DNA of 64,000 nucleotides from Longimicrobiales bacterium (GCA_965226375.1 CBDDCX010000008.1:832001-896000), one strand, 5' to 3'. Numbered from the stretch's first letter, positions 18,288-28,605 are shown. Numbers and translations: made by a program. Notes: generated by a model not told the origin, from the letters alone.

Positions 18288-20083
18288 TCCCCGACGACCA
18301 GGTCGAAGAGGTTCGGGCTCGGGCGGACATCGTCGAGATCATCGGCGACATCGTTCCCCTGAAGAAGTCCGGAAAGGACTACAAGGCCTGTTGCCCGTTC
18401 CATGAAGAGAAGACCCCGAGCTTCTACGTGGTCCCGGCAAAGGGCTTCTACAACTGTTTCGGCTGCGGTGAGTCGGGCGACGTGTTCTCGTTCCTCATCA
18501 AGCGTCTGGGCCTTGACTTCGTCGATGCCGTCAAGCACGCGGCGCAGAGGTCGGGTGTCGAGATCCGAGAGGTGACCCAGGGCCATCAGGAAGAGGATCC
18601 ATTCCGCCACCTGTATGAGGCCAACGCCTTTGCCCGAGTGTTCTTCCAAGACTCGCTGTGGGATGAGAAGGTGGGGAAGGAGGCCCGAACCTATCTGGAC
18701 AAACGCGGAATCGACCGAGAGACGGCGGAGCGGTTCTCCCTCGGTTTCGCCCCCGACGAATGGAGAGCGCTACGAGAGGCCGCGGCCCATCACGGGATCG
18801 GAGACGAGACACTCCTCGAGGTGGGTCTCCTGACCCGGAGCGAGAAGAGCCAGGAGCCGTACGACCGCTTCAGAGGCAGGGTCACGTTCTCGATCGAGAA
18901 CCTGGGCGGCAAGGTCCTGGGATTCGGGGGGCGAGTGCTCGATTCGGGCAGGGAGGGGGCCCCCAAGTACGTCAACTCTCCGGAGTCGCCGATCTATCAC
19001 AAGGGCGACGTGCTCTATGGGCTGAGCTGGGCGAAGAACAGCATCCGTCGTGAAGACACGGCTCTGGTAGTGGAGGGTTACATGGATGCCGTGTCGTTGG
19101 CCGCGGCTGGATTCGAAAACGCTGTGGCACCGCTCGGCACGGCTCTGACCCCCCAGCAGGCGGCGCTGCTTCGCCGCTACACAGCCCGGGTCCACATCCT
19201 CTTCGACAGCGATCCCGCCGGTCTCAAGGCCACCTTCAGGGCAGGAGATGTGATGTTGGCAGCCGGACTCCATCCCGCCGTCGTCACGCTTCCCCCCGGG
19301 GAAGACCCCGACACGCTGGTTCACAAGGAGGGAGCCGAAGGCCTCCAGGCTCACATCGATCAGGCGGTCGACGTGCTCGATCGCAAACTACAGATTCTTC
19401 AGGAGCGGGATCACTTTTCGAGCATCGAGCAGACTCGGAACGCCGTCGACCGATTGTTGCCGACCCTGCGGGCGGTGCAGGATCCCGCTCTCCGTGACAT
19501 CTACGTCTCGAAGGTCTCGGATCGCACTGGCGTGCGCCGTGAGACCTTGCAGGAGGAGTTGACCAGAGCAAGCTCCTCCGCCCTGGTCGCGCCGCGCCCG
19601 CGCCGGTCGACGCCACGGCGGGTCGTTGCGCCGACCATTCCGCCCATGGGCGCGGAGCGCGAGCTTCTGTTGCTCATGACCAAGGATCGGGACTGGATCG
19701 AGAGGGTGGGAGAGCACCTCGGACCGGACGACTTTCTCGACCTCGGCTATCGAGGCGCATTCGAGGCGCTCCTTGCCGATCCGGGGCTCGCTCACGCCCC
19801 TTCCGGGCTTTCACCCGGCGTCACCCAGACGCTCGAGGAATTGCTAGCCGATCGGAAGGAACTCCGCCAGGCGCACCGGGTTTTCGAAGAGTCGCTGAGT
19901 AAGATCCAGAGTACCGCTTTCCAGGAAAGGCTCGACGAGGTCGATCGCCTTATACAGAATACGACGGACCCCGACCGACGTACCGAACTCCTGGTCGAAA
20001 AGGCGCGCCTGGGTAAGGAACGCCGAGAGCTCGGCCTCGATTGGTCTCATGCGGCACGCAGGACTCTGAAGCACGACGGCTAG
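18284..20083 (+). CDS. dnaG: DNA primase
   Basis: CPFHEEKTPSF...CFGC Zn finger, KYVNSPES, VEGYMD, FDSD Toprim. Confidence 0.97.
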   Translation: MIPDDQVEEVRARADIVEIIGDIVPLKKSGKDYKACCPFHEEKTPSFYVVPAKGFYNCFGCGESGDVFSFLIKRLGLDFVDAVKHAAQRSGVEIREVTQGHQEEDPFRHLYEANAFARVFFQDSLWDEKVGKEARTYLDKRGIDRETAERFSLGFAPDEWRALREAAAHHGIGDETLLEVGLLTRSEKSQEPYDRFRGRVTFSIENLGGKVLGFGGRVLDSGREGAPKYVNSPESPIYHKGDVLYGLSWAKNSIRREDTALVVEGYMDAVSLAAAGFENAVAPLGTALTPQQAALLRRYTARVHILFDSDPAGLKATFRAGDVMLAAGLHPAVVTLPPGEDPDTLVHKEGAEGLQAHIDQAVDVLDRKLQILQERDHFSSIEQTRNAVDRLLPTLRAVQDPALRDIYVSKVSDRTGVRRETLQEELTRASSSALVAPRPRRSTPRRVVAPTIPPMGAERELLLLMTKDRDWIERVGEHLGPDDFLDLGYRGAFEALLADPGLAHAPSGLSPGVTQTLEELLADRKELRQAHRVFEESLSKIQSTAFQERLDEVDRLIQNTTDPDRRTELLVEKARLGKERRELGLDWSHAARRTLKHDG

Positions 20084-20122
20084 GTATCGATAAATGGCTA
20101 GACATTCAATTCAAGAGCACAC

Positions 20123-21307
20123 ATGACACCTCAGACGCATTCAAGACTCAAAGAACTTCAGGAGATGGACCAGGAGATCGCCTCCATCGAGTCCACCGTG
20201 GGTACGTTCGACACCAAGATCGAAGAGGTCGGCGAGCCGCTCAAGCATCTCGAAAAAGAAGTGAAGGCGCTGCAGGCTCGCCTCAAGGAGGTGGCACTCG
20301 AGGAGAACAGGATCGAGTTGTCCATCGAGGAGCGTCGCGTACGGTCGTCGAAGCTCGAGGAGCGGATGAATTCCGTCCGTAACGTCCGAGAAGAGGCCGC
20401 GGTGCACGCCGAGTTGGAGATGGTCAAGCGCTCTCTCGAGAATGACGAGCAGGAGGCTTTGAGTCTCCTGGATCAGATGCGGCGCATGGAAGAGCGTCGG
20501 ACAGAGCAAGAAGAGGCATACGAGGAGGCTTTGGCCGAGGTCGATCCGCGGCGCCTCGAGCTCACGGAGGAAAAGGAAACGGCCGAGGCGCGGCTCAAGG
20601 AGCTGCTGTCCAAGCGGGAAACTTTCGCCGCCGAGATCGACCCGTCTGAACGACGGGTTTATGAGAGCATCATGGCGGGCTCCCGCGGGGTAGCCGTCGC
20701 GGAACTGACGGACGACGGTGCTTGCGGTAACTGCTTTAGTGTGATTCCGCTTCAGATCCAGAACGAGATCCGGCACTCCTCGGGCATCATCCGCTGCGAA
20801 GGCTGTGGGGTGATCCTGTCGCCCGAGTCGGAGGAGGGTATGGCCAAGGCGGAGGAAGAGACCGCCCGCATCGAGGAGGCGCTCCGTGCCTCCGAAGCGG
20901 CCAGGGACGCGGAGCGAGCCGAAACGGCGGCGCATGACGAGGCCGAGCGGGCGGCTGACGAGGACAAGGAGGCCGAGGTCCTCGAGGAAGTCGCCCAGGT
21001 AGAAGAGGTGCGTGACGATGGCATCGACCTCGAGCACCTCGTCGCAGAGGTCGCCGATGACGTAGAGGAGCTCTTGGCCGAGGTTGCCGAAGACGTCACC
21101 GACGCCCAGCCCGTCGAGGAAGCGGTCGCCGAAGTCGCCGCCGAAGAAGCCGAACCGGTCGAGGACGTGGTCGAGGCAGAGGATGCCGATGAGGGCGAGG
21201 TCCTTCCTGAGGCCGTGGCCTCATCCGAGGGTGAGCCCGAAGACTCCGCCGACGTCGCAGAGGATGAGGATGAGGATGAGCCCAAGGAGGGAGCCGCCGA
21301 CGTCTAG
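20123..21307 (+). CDS. Coiled-coil + C4-type zinc-ribbon protein (CT398/HP0958-like) with long acidic tail
   Basis: Long coiled coil, CGNC...CEGCGVIL, then about 150 aa Glu/Asp/Ala-rich tail. Confidence 0.82.
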   Translation: MTPQTHSRLKELQEMDQEIASIESTVGTFDTKIEEVGEPLKHLEKEVKALQARLKEVALEENRIELSIEERRVRSSKLEERMNSVRNVREEAAVHAELEMVKRSLENDEQEALSLLDQMRRMEERRTEQEEAYEEALAEVDPRRLELTEEKETAEARLKELLSKRETFAAEIDPSERRVYESIMAGSRGVAVAELTDDGACGNCFSVIPLQIQNEIRHSSGIIRCEGCGVILSPESEEGMAKAEEETARIEEALRASEAARDAERAETAAHDEAERAADEDKEAEVLEEVAQVEEVRDDGIDLEHLVAEVADDVEELLAEVAEDVTDAQPVEEAVAEVAAEEAEPVEDVVEAEDADEGEVLPEAVASSEGEPEDSADVAEDEDEDEPKEGAADV

Positions 21308-21333
21308 ACCGCGGCCTTCCCGACATTCCTGAC

Positions 21334-23118
21334 GTGGACGGCGATGCAGGTGCGGCCTCCCAACCGGCGTTGCCGGCACTCGTCCCCCTCTGGCAGGAAC
21401 CAGCGACTGTCTCACGAGACGCCATACGGCTCCTGGCAGACGCACTCTCGATGCCCGAGGCGCTCTGTGCCCTCTTGGTGCAACGTGGCCTGACCGAGCC
21501 GGAGGACGCCAAGAGCTACCTCCGACCTCTCCTGTCCGACCTGCATCCGGCCTCCCTTCTCGCCGATAGCAAGGAGGCCGTCGCACGGATCCTCTCGGCC
21601 GTCGACCTCGGAGAAACCGTTCTGGTTCATGGTGACTATGACGTCGACGGGGTGTCGGGCACCGCCTTGTTGACGCGGTGGATCCGGAGGATGGGTGGAG
21701 ATGCCGTGCCCTTCGTCCCCAACCGTATAAGAGACGGCTACGACCTGGGCTCCGCTGGCCTCGAGGCGGCACGGATGGCCGGCGCGGTGCTCATCGTCAC
21801 GGTGGACTCGGGGATTCGGGCCCACGATGCGGTGGCCGAGGCGAACGCGTTGGGCATCGATGTGATCATCACCGATCACCACACACCGGCCGACACCCTT
21901 CCCCCCGCCTTCGCCGTGGTCGACCCGAACCGAGCGGACTGTGAGTACCCGAACAAGGGACTTTGCGGGACTGGTGTCGCGTACCGTTTATGCGAGTTGA
22001 TGGCCGATGAGCGCGGCATCGATCATGAGGAGCTGCACCGATTCCTGGACCTGGTGGCCTTGGCCACTATCGCGGACGTGGTGCCGTTGGATCATGAGAA
22101 TCGAACGCTGGTCCGCTACGGTCTCAAGGCCATGGCACGCACCGAGCTTCCCGGACTTCGGGCCCTGATGAAGCAAGCGGGGTTGGAAGATGGGGCTCCC
22201 GAAGCCGGTCAGGTGGCGTTCAGGCTCGCGCCGCGTATCAACGCTGCCGGCCGCATGGCAGAAGCCATGACCGCGCTGGATCTACTCATGACGGAAGATC
22301 CCGAGCGGGCCGAGGAGCTTGCCGGCCGGCTCGAGAAGCACAACACCGACAGACGAGAAGAGGAGGCCAGGACCCTTGAGGAGGCCCTGGAGACCCTGCG
22401 GAGCACGTATCGCCCAGAAAGCGACTTCGGTGTGGTCCTGGCCGGCGAGGGGTGGCACCCGGGCGTCATCGGCATTGTCGCTTCGCGCATCGTCGAGCGC
22501 ATCCACCGACCGACCGTCCTGGTAGCCCTGCGGGACGGGAAAGGGCGGGGGAGCGCCCGATCCATTTCGGGCTTCGACCTCTATGGTGCGGTCCATGCCT
22601 GCCGGGAGTATCTGGGTCGCTTCGGGGGGCATCGTGCGGCGGCCGGAATGGATGTCGCTCAGGAGCACATTGAGGGGTTCCGGCACGCCTTCAACGCGGA
22701 GGCGCGTGATCGCCTCGATGGCCAGCTACCCCGCCCGACCATCAAGCCGGACTTCGAGCTCCGTCTGTCGGAAGCTACGGAGCAGCTCACCCACTTCCTC
22801 TCGTACTTCGGACCCTTCGGAATCGGAAACCCGACGCCTGTCTTCGTTGCACGCAACGTCGAGTTGGGAAGTCCCGCACGAGAGGTCGGAACCGGCCATC
22901 TCAAGCTCCGGCTCACGCAGGAGGGGCATTCTCTCGAAGCCATCGGATTCGGCCTCGTGCACCGGATTCCTCCGGCGTCACTCGGCACCGGCCCCTTGGA
23001 TCTGACGTTCAAGCTCAAGATCGGCGAGTTCCGTGGTCGCCGTCAGGTCGAAGCTCACCTGTTGGACGTGAGAGCCCATGGCGTCGGGGGCGGTATGTCC
23101 GAGGGGGCCGCGACGTGA
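21334..23118 (+). CDS. recJ: ssDNA-specific exonuclease RecJ
   Basis: GDYDVDG, TVDSG, TDHH, APRINAAGR, GSARS, GGHRAAAG; start approximate. Confidence 0.95.
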   Translation: MDGDAGAASQPALPALVPLWQEPATVSRDAIRLLADALSMPEALCALLVQRGLTEPEDAKSYLRPLLSDLHPASLLADSKEAVARILSAVDLGETVLVHGDYDVDGVSGTALLTRWIRRMGGDAVPFVPNRIRDGYDLGSAGLEAARMAGAVLIVTVDSGIRAHDAVAEANALGIDVIITDHHTPADTLPPAFAVVDPNRADCEYPNKGLCGTGVAYRLCELMADERGIDHEELHRFLDLVALATIADVVPLDHENRTLVRYGLKAMARTELPGLRALMKQAGLEDGAPEAGQVAFRLAPRINAAGRMAEAMTALDLLMTEDPERAEELAGRLEKHNTDRREEEARTLEEALETLRSTYRPESDFGVVLAGEGWHPGVIGIVASRIVERIHRPTVLVALRDGKGRGSARSISGFDLYGAVHACREYLGRFGGHRAAAGMDVAQEHIEGFRHAFNAEARDRLDGQLPRPTIKPDFELRLSEATEQLTHFLSYFGPFGIGNPTPVFVARNVELGSPAREVGTGHLKLRLTQEGHSLEAIGFGLVHRIPPASLGTGPLDLTFKLKIGEFRGRRQVEAHLLDVRAHGVGGGMSEGAAT

Positions 23119-23642
23119 GGATCATCGCCGGGCGTTGGAAGGGGAGGCGGCTCAAGGCGCTTCGGGGAAAGGGTGTGCGTCCCACGAGCGATCGTGTGCG
23201 AGAGTCGTGGATGGCGGCCCTGGGGCCGGATCTGGAGGGGGCGGCGGTGCTGGACTTGTTCGCCGGATCGGGCGCTCTGGGGCTCGAGGCCCTGAGCCGG
23301 GGTGCGGCGAGCGCCGTGTTCGTGGAGCGTTCGAGAGGTGCGCTCGGCACCCTCCGTGCCAACGTCGAGCTGCTCGAGGCGGGGCCGGAGACGACGGTGG
23401 TCGCGTCGGACGCGATGGTATACGCACAGCGGCTGGAGCGAGTGTGCTTCGACATCGCCCTTGCCGATCCGCCGTATGGGCTGGGACTGGCCGCGCGGCT
23501 GCTGGAGTCCTTTGCCACGAATCCGTTTGCGTCTCAGCTCTGGGTAGAGCATCGTACTACCGATCCCATCCCGGACCTCACCGGGCTCCGACAACGACGC
23601 TATGGAGACACGGTCATCTCGATTTTCGAGGCGAAGCCATGA
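23115..23642 (+). CDS. rsmD: 16S rRNA m2G966 methyltransferase RsmD
   Basis: MRIIAGRWKGRRL, RPTSDRVRE, LDLFAGSGALGLEALSRGA, DPPY. Confidence 0.94.
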   Translation: MRIIAGRWKGRRLKALRGKGVRPTSDRVRESWMAALGPDLEGAAVLDLFAGSGALGLEALSRGAASAVFVERSRGALGTLRANVELLEAGPETTVVASDAMVYAQRLERVCFDIALADPPYGLGLAARLLESFATNPFASQLWVEHRTTDPIPDLTGLRQRRYGDTVISIFEAKP

Positions 23643-24139
23643 CCCGCGATAAGCCCGTTGTAGCCGTCTACCCCGGCTCCTTCGACCCCATTACCAAAGG
23701 GCATGAGGACGTGGTTCGCCGCTCCTTGCGACTGGCGGATCGGGTCGTCATTGCGGTCGCTCATACGGCGACGCAGGAAAAGGGAAGCCTGTTCACCGTG
23801 GAGCAACGCCTTGCGCTGCTCGAGGAGGTGTTTCAGGGGGAGGAGCGCATCGAGTGTCTCAGCTTCAGAGGTCTCCTGGTCGATCTGGCACAGGAGGTCG
23901 AGGCACGATTCGTGATCCGGGGACTGAGAGCCGTCTCCGACTTCGAGTACGAGTTTCAGATGGCTCAGATGAATAGGGAGCTCTGGAGTGGCGTCGAGAC
24001 CGTCTTCCTGACGCCCGACCAGAAGTATTCGTTCCTGTCCGCCTCCCTGGTCCGCGAAGTGGCTCGCCTGGGAGGAGATGTGTCTCCGTTCGTATCGGAA
24101 CCGGTCCTCAGGGAGATGGAGGCGTTGTTCCAGGAGTGA
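23639..24139 (+). CDS. coaD: Phosphopantetheine adenylyltransferase
   Basis: YPGSFDPITKGH, RGLRAVSDFEYE; ATGA overlap with rsmD. Confidence 0.96.
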   Translation: MTRDKPVVAVYPGSFDPITKGHEDVVRRSLRLADRVVIAVAHTATQEKGSLFTVEQRLALLEEVFQGEERIECLSFRGLLVDLAQEVEARFVIRGLRAVSDFEYEFQMAQMNRELWSGVETVFLTPDQKYSFLSASLVREVARLGGDVSPFVSEPVLREMEALFQE

Positions 24140-25134
24140 CCTTTCTCGAGTCTTTGGCGACTCGGGCGCGAGCTCTGCAGGCGACGGTGGCGTTTCCCGA
24201 AGCGTCCGATTCCCGCACCGCGGCCGCCATTGCCCGGCTCCTCGACGACCGGGTCTGCGCGGTCGTCGCCGTCGGATCTCGCCGAGGCGTGCGCGAGGCC
24301 CTAGCGGCTACGGAAGCTGACGTGGATGCCGTCCACATCGTGGATCCCACGGATCAGCCGACGGTGGATCGGTATGCCGCCCTGCTCCGCCAGAGGTTGG
24401 GCGACCGAGTTTCGGACAGCACGGCGGATCGGTTGGCTCGCGATCCACTGACGGTGGCCGGCCTGCTGGTGGGGGAGGGAACCGTGGACGGGGTGGTGGC
24501 CGGAGTCGCCCACCCTACCAAGGAGATCATCCGCGCCGCGATCCGGACCATCGGGCCGGCCGAGGGGGTGGACACCATGTCCTCGGCCTTCTACATGCTG
24601 GTTCCGTCCTTCCGTGGAGTGGGCGACGAGGTTCTGACCTTTGCGGACGCAGGTGTGATCCCCGAGCCGAGCTCCGGGGAACTGGCAGATATCGGGGTCG
24701 CGGCGGCGAGGGCCCGAGCGCTCGTGGTCAACGACGAGCCGCGAGTGGCGTTCCTGTCCTACTCGACCCTGGGGAGCGCCTCGGGCGCTGCAGTGGACAG
24801 GGTCGTCCGGGCCGTGGAGCTCTTCAGAGAGCGCCTCCCCGACGTTCCTGTCGACGGGGAGCTACAGGGAGACGCGGCCCTCATCGAGGCCGTGGCCAGC
24901 CGGAAGGCCCCTGGGTCGTCCGTGGCCGGCCGGGCGAACGTTCTCATCTTTCCCGATCTGAACTCGGCCAATATCGCGTACAAGTTGGTCCAGCGGATCA
25001 CGGGGTGCCGGGCTCTGGGGCCCATCCTGCAGGGGCTGCAGAGGCCCTATAACGACCTGTCACGGGGGGCTTCGGCGGATGAGATCTTCGACGTGGCCTG
25101 CATCACCGCGTTGATGGGAAAACGGGGCGGTTGA
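24136..25134 (+). CDS. pta: Phosphate acetyltransferase (PTA/PTB family)
   Basis: FPEASDSR, AFLSYST, DGELQGDAA, FPDLNSANIAYK, GPILQG, NDLSRG. Confidence 0.88.
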   Translation: MTFLESLATRARALQATVAFPEASDSRTAAAIARLLDDRVCAVVAVGSRRGVREALAATEADVDAVHIVDPTDQPTVDRYAALLRQRLGDRVSDSTADRLARDPLTVAGLLVGEGTVDGVVAGVAHPTKEIIRAAIRTIGPAEGVDTMSSAFYMLVPSFRGVGDEVLTFADAGVIPEPSSGELADIGVAAARARALVVNDEPRVAFLSYSTLGSASGAAVDRVVRAVELFRERLPDVPVDGELQGDAALIEAVASRKAPGSSVAGRANVLIFPDLNSANIAYKLVQRITGCRALGPILQGLQRPYNDLSRGASADEIFDVACITALMGKRGG

Positions 25135-25285
25135 CATGATCGGCGGGGGGTATCCTGAATGCCCAAGTTATCTGGAGTATTGCCCCGACGGGGCGTTTTC
25201 CTGTATCGTTTTCCCGTCCCCTTGCGGCCGCGCGCCCGTGGAGTTCTGCGCGTAGCTGGAGGACCAAACCGTAAACGGAGGAACA

Positions 25286-25618
25286 ATGGCATTTCAGGTG
25301 AGCAAGTCGGGCGAAGTGACGGTCATCGATGTTGAGGGCCAGCTCATCGTCGGAAATCGCCAGGAACTGAAACAGAAGGTTCTCGATGAGCTCGAGAAGG
25401 GCGAACGCAAGTTCGTCGTAGACTTCTCCAATACGGGCTACATCGACTCCTCCGGATTGGGCGTTTTGGTGTCCCTTTCCAAGAAGATCCGTGAGCAAGG
25501 CGGTGAGCTCAAGCTCGCCAGCCTCAATGAGGATCTTCGAACGCTCTTCGAGCTCACCAAGCTCGACACGCTCTTCAAGATCGCCGACAGCCGCGACGAA
25601 GCCTTGACAGGTCTGTAG
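25286..25618 (+). CDS. STAS-domain anti-sigma factor antagonist (RsbV/SpoIIAA-like)
   Basis: YIDSSGLGVL phosphoacceptor motif; GGAGG RBS. Confidence 0.92.
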   Translation: MAFQVSKSGEVTVIDVEGQLIVGNRQELKQKVLDELEKGERKFVVDFSNTGYIDSSGLGVLVSLSKKIREQGGELKLASLNEDLRTLFELTKLDTLFKIADSRDEALTGL

Positions 25619-25658
25619 GCACTTCGCGATCAAGCTGACCCTTCGACGAGGGTAACGA

Positions 25659-26102
25659 GTGGATCAAGAACTCATTCTCGAGTTGCCGAACGACATTCGG
25701 TCCATCGAGCACGCGGTTGAGTACGTGATGGAGCACTGCTCCGGTTGCTGCGCCTACGCGCGCAAACTGAACCTGAACTTCCGAGTCGGTCTGAGTGAGG
25801 CGTTGTCCAACGCCATGTTATACGGCAACGACCGTGATCCCGGGAAGCGGGTCCGGGTCGAGGTGACGATCCGAGAGGAAGAGGTGACTGCTCGCGTGAC
25901 CGATCAAGGATCGGGCTTCGACCACACCACCGTGCCCGACCCGACGCTTCCGGGCAATCTCAGCAAGCCCGGTGGCCGCGGTATCTTCCTCATGAGATCG
26001 TTGATGGACGAAGTCCAGTTCAATGAGCAGGGGAATTCCGTGACGCTCATCCTTCGTCTAGAGGATGGGCGGCCCGACGTCGCGGGAGGGGCCTCGGCAT
26101 GA
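25659..26102 (+). CDS. Anti-sigma factor / Ser kinase (RsbW-like HATPase_c)
   Basis: EALSNAMLYG N-box, DQGSGFD G1 box, GGRGIFLM G2 box. Confidence 0.9.
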   Translation: MDQELILELPNDIRSIEHAVEYVMEHCSGCCAYARKLNLNFRVGLSEALSNAMLYGNDRDPGKRVRVEVTIREEEVTARVTDQGSGFDHTTVPDPTLPGNLSKPGGRGIFLMRSLMDEVQFNEQGNSVTLILRLEDGRPDVAGGASA

Positions 26103-27673
26103 CCCCGGAAGGCGGGCCTGGCCCAGTCCTTCCTGTCCCGGTCGAGCAAACCCTGGACGAATTTCGTGAACAACTAAGCCTCGATGTCCACCTGTGGGCC
26201 ATCGAGGAAGACGGGACCCGGGCACGTCATCTCTACCCCTCCGATACCTCCTCGGGCTCTGAAGCCTGCGGTGCACCGGACGGCACGGTGGTGAGGTCGA
26301 TTGCTCCCCGAGACGGACCCGCGTTGGAACTCGAGATCCGACCCTCCGGCGAGCTGCCGCTCGACCCCTTGGCCACCATCCTGAAGGGCAACCTCGAACG
26401 AACGCTGGACATTGCCCAGGAAATCCACTTTTTCACATACGAGCTGAAGGAACGCTACGAGGAGATCAACCTTCTCTATTCCATCAGCGAGACTCTGGGG
26501 TCGGTTCTCAAGCTCGACGATGCCGCCGATGCCATTTTGGAGGAGGTCTGCGACGTTCTGGGGGCCGCGAGTGGATCTCTTTGGGTGCATGACCCGCGGC
26601 AGGACACCCTTCATCAGATCGCGGCGGTGGGACAGGACGCTAGAGACGACCCACCCTCGGATCCGCTCCCTGACGCCGTGACCTCACAGGTCTTCCAGGA
26701 GGGCCGATCACGTATCGGTACCCGCGATGCCGATGGGGCGGGGGATGGCGGGGCCACGACCGACATCTCGGTTCCCATCAGTTACAGCCCGCCGTCGGGG
26801 GAGGCGCGCACGGTCGGCGTCATCAACCTGTTCGGTCGGGGCCGGGGTGATCCCTTCGCGGTGGCCGACGAAAAGCTCCTGTCTGCGATAGCCAGCCAGA
26901 TCGGTGCGGCGCTCGAGAACAATCGACTCATCCAGGAGAGTCTGGCTCAGGAGCGGATGAGCCATGAGATGGAGCTCGCGCATCATCTCCAGATGAAGCT
27001 CCTCCGGTCTCCCAAGGCGTTCGACGGGGCCGACGTGGCCGCTCGGGTGGCGTCTGCCGAGCAGGTGGGCGGTGACTTTTTTCATCTCTTCAGGCTTCCA
27101 CAGGACAAGATCGGCGTGATGATCGGCGACGTCTCGACTCACGGATTTCCGGCGGCTTTGATCATGGCGTTGTCCATGAGCGCGGCGAGTATCTATGCCC
27201 TCGAGTCGCCCGACCCATCGGTGGTGCTTCGACGGATGGACGACGCCCTCAGCGATGAGCTCGAGACCACGGAAATGTTCCTCAGCCTTTGCTACGTGGT
27301 CATCGATCCCGCGGCCGGGGAGCTGCACTACTCCAACGCAGGCCACCCTCATGCCTTCGTGTTCCGGGAGGGTAGTGACCCCGAACGCCTGGTGGCCACC
27401 GACCCGCCGGTAGGCTTCGCCGGGCCCGAGTCCTATCTCCGGGGTCGAGCCGAGTGGGCGCCGGGGGATCTGCTGCTCCTCTTCACGGACGGACTGTCTG
27501 ATACATTGGCCACCGAGGAACCGGGGAGCGGTGAGGCGGCCGTTTTGGGGACGGTGACCGCCCAGGGGGCTGTTCCTGCTAGTCAGATTGTGGATGCTCT
27601 CTTCGACCTGGCTGAAGCGGCGACCCCGTACATACCGGCGGACGACCGAACCGTGATCGTTCTGAGGACGTAG
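26099..27673 (+). CDS. GAF + PP2C (SpoIIE/RsbU-type) phosphatase
   Basis: GAF ending FAVADEKLLSAIASQIGAALEN; VGGDFF, IGDVSTHG, NAGH, FTDG, DDRT. Confidence 0.9.
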   Translation: MTPEGGPGPVLPVPVEQTLDEFREQLSLDVHLWAIEEDGTRARHLYPSDTSSGSEACGAPDGTVVRSIAPRDGPALELEIRPSGELPLDPLATILKGNLERTLDIAQEIHFFTYELKERYEEINLLYSISETLGSVLKLDDAADAILEEVCDVLGAASGSLWVHDPRQDTLHQIAAVGQDARDDPPSDPLPDAVTSQVFQEGRSRIGTRDADGAGDGGATTDISVPISYSPPSGEARTVGVINLFGRGRGDPFAVADEKLLSAIASQIGAALENNRLIQESLAQERMSHEMELAHHLQMKLLRSPKAFDGADVAARVASAEQVGGDFFHLFRLPQDKIGVMIGDVSTHGFPAALIMALSMSAASIYALESPDPSVVLRRMDDALSDELETTEMFLSLCYVVIDPAAGELHYSNAGHPHAFVFREGSDPERLVATDPPVGFAGPESYLRGRAEWAPGDLLLLFTDGLSDTLATEEPGSGEAAVLGTVTAQGAVPASQIVDALFDLAEAATPYIPADDRTVIVLRT

Positions 27674-27712
27674 TTCTTGTCCTGAGGACTCCACACCAGG
27701 ATCCCGATACCG

Positions 27713-28510
27713 ATGCGCGCGAAGAAATCTCTCGGGCAGAACTTTCTCGTCGATCAGAATCTGCAGCGCAAGATCGTCGAAGCCCTGAATCCTTCGTTGG
27801 CGGACACCGTTCTGGAGATCGGGCCTGGCCGTGGCGCGTTGACACGCCATCTCGTGGGCCTGGCGGATCGACTCATCCTGGTCGAGCTGGATGACGAGCT
27901 CGCCTCCACGCTCCAGACCGAGTGGGGCGACCGGTCCGATGTCGATGTCCGACATCAGGACTTTCTCAAGACTGACCTTGGCGCGCTCGGCGTGGATCCG
28001 TCCGAGTTGCTCGTGGTCGGCAACATCCCCTACAACATCACTGCACCGATCATCTTCAAGCTTCTGGAGCGCCCCCGCCCCAGGGACATTCTTCTGATGG
28101 TGCAGCGTGAGGTGGCCGACCGTCTGGTGGCAGCGGCCGGGACCTCCGAGTACGGGGCGCTGTCGGTAGGGGTCAGGAGCGTGGCGGCCGCCGTACGTGT
28201 GCTGAGGGTACCGAGGACGGCGTTCCGACCCCAGCCCCGCGTCGACTCCAGCGTGGTGCGCATCACACCTACCGTCCCTCCGCCGCTATCCCTCGAGGAG
28301 GAGATCTCCCTCCGCACGCTGACGCGGGCGGCCTTCCAATGGAGACGAAAACAGCTGCAGAAGACACTCCGAGAGCACAGCGATCTCGGCCTGTCACGGG
28401 AATCGGTGGAGCGGATCGCTCGCGAGACAGGTTGGGATCTGACGCGCAGGCCGGAGACGCTCGAGCCCGAGGACTTCGTGCGACTGTCGAAGCTGGTCCG
28501 CATGAGGTGA
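27713..28510 (+). CDS. rsmA: 16S rRNA dimethyltransferase RsmA/KsgA
   Basis: KKSLGQNFL, LEIGPGRG, GNIPYNIT. Confidence 0.96.
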   Translation: MRAKKSLGQNFLVDQNLQRKIVEALNPSLADTVLEIGPGRGALTRHLVGLADRLILVELDDELASTLQTEWGDRSDVDVRHQDFLKTDLGALGVDPSELLVVGNIPYNITAPIIFKLLERPRPRDILLMVQREVADRLVAAAGTSEYGALSVGVRSVAAAVRVLRVPRTAFRPQPRVDSSVVRITPTVPPPLSLEEEISLRTLTRAAFQWRRKQLQKTLREHSDLGLSRESVERIARETGWDLTRRPETLEPEDFVRLSKLVRMR

Positions 28511-28525
28511 GACGCACAGGCCACG

Positions 28526-28555
28526 TTGACGCTCCAGGCCCCGTCGCCCTAGTAT
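28526..28555 (+). promoter_or_regulatory. Putative sigma70-type promoter of rex
   Basis: TTGACG (28526-28531), 18-nt spacer, TAGTAT (28550-28555). Confidence 0.6.
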
Positions 28556-28572
28556 TGTGAAGCTTTTCACAA
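28555..28572. promoter_or_regulatory. Rex operator
   Basis: TTGTGAAGCTTTTCACAA exactly matches TTGTGAA-N4-TTCACAA, immediately upstream of rex. Confidence 0.9.
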
Positions 28573-28605
28573 GCCGGGGTGTGGCAGGGTTTAACCGGAT
28601 TCCAC

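Noticed and set aside
23078..24139. 353-aa extended CoaD ORF
   Set aside because: The N-terminal part overlaps rsmD in another frame; coaD starts at the coupled ATG 23639.
25131..25156. TTGACA...TATCCT promoter upstream of the STAS gene
   Set aside because: Spacer is only 14 nt as written.
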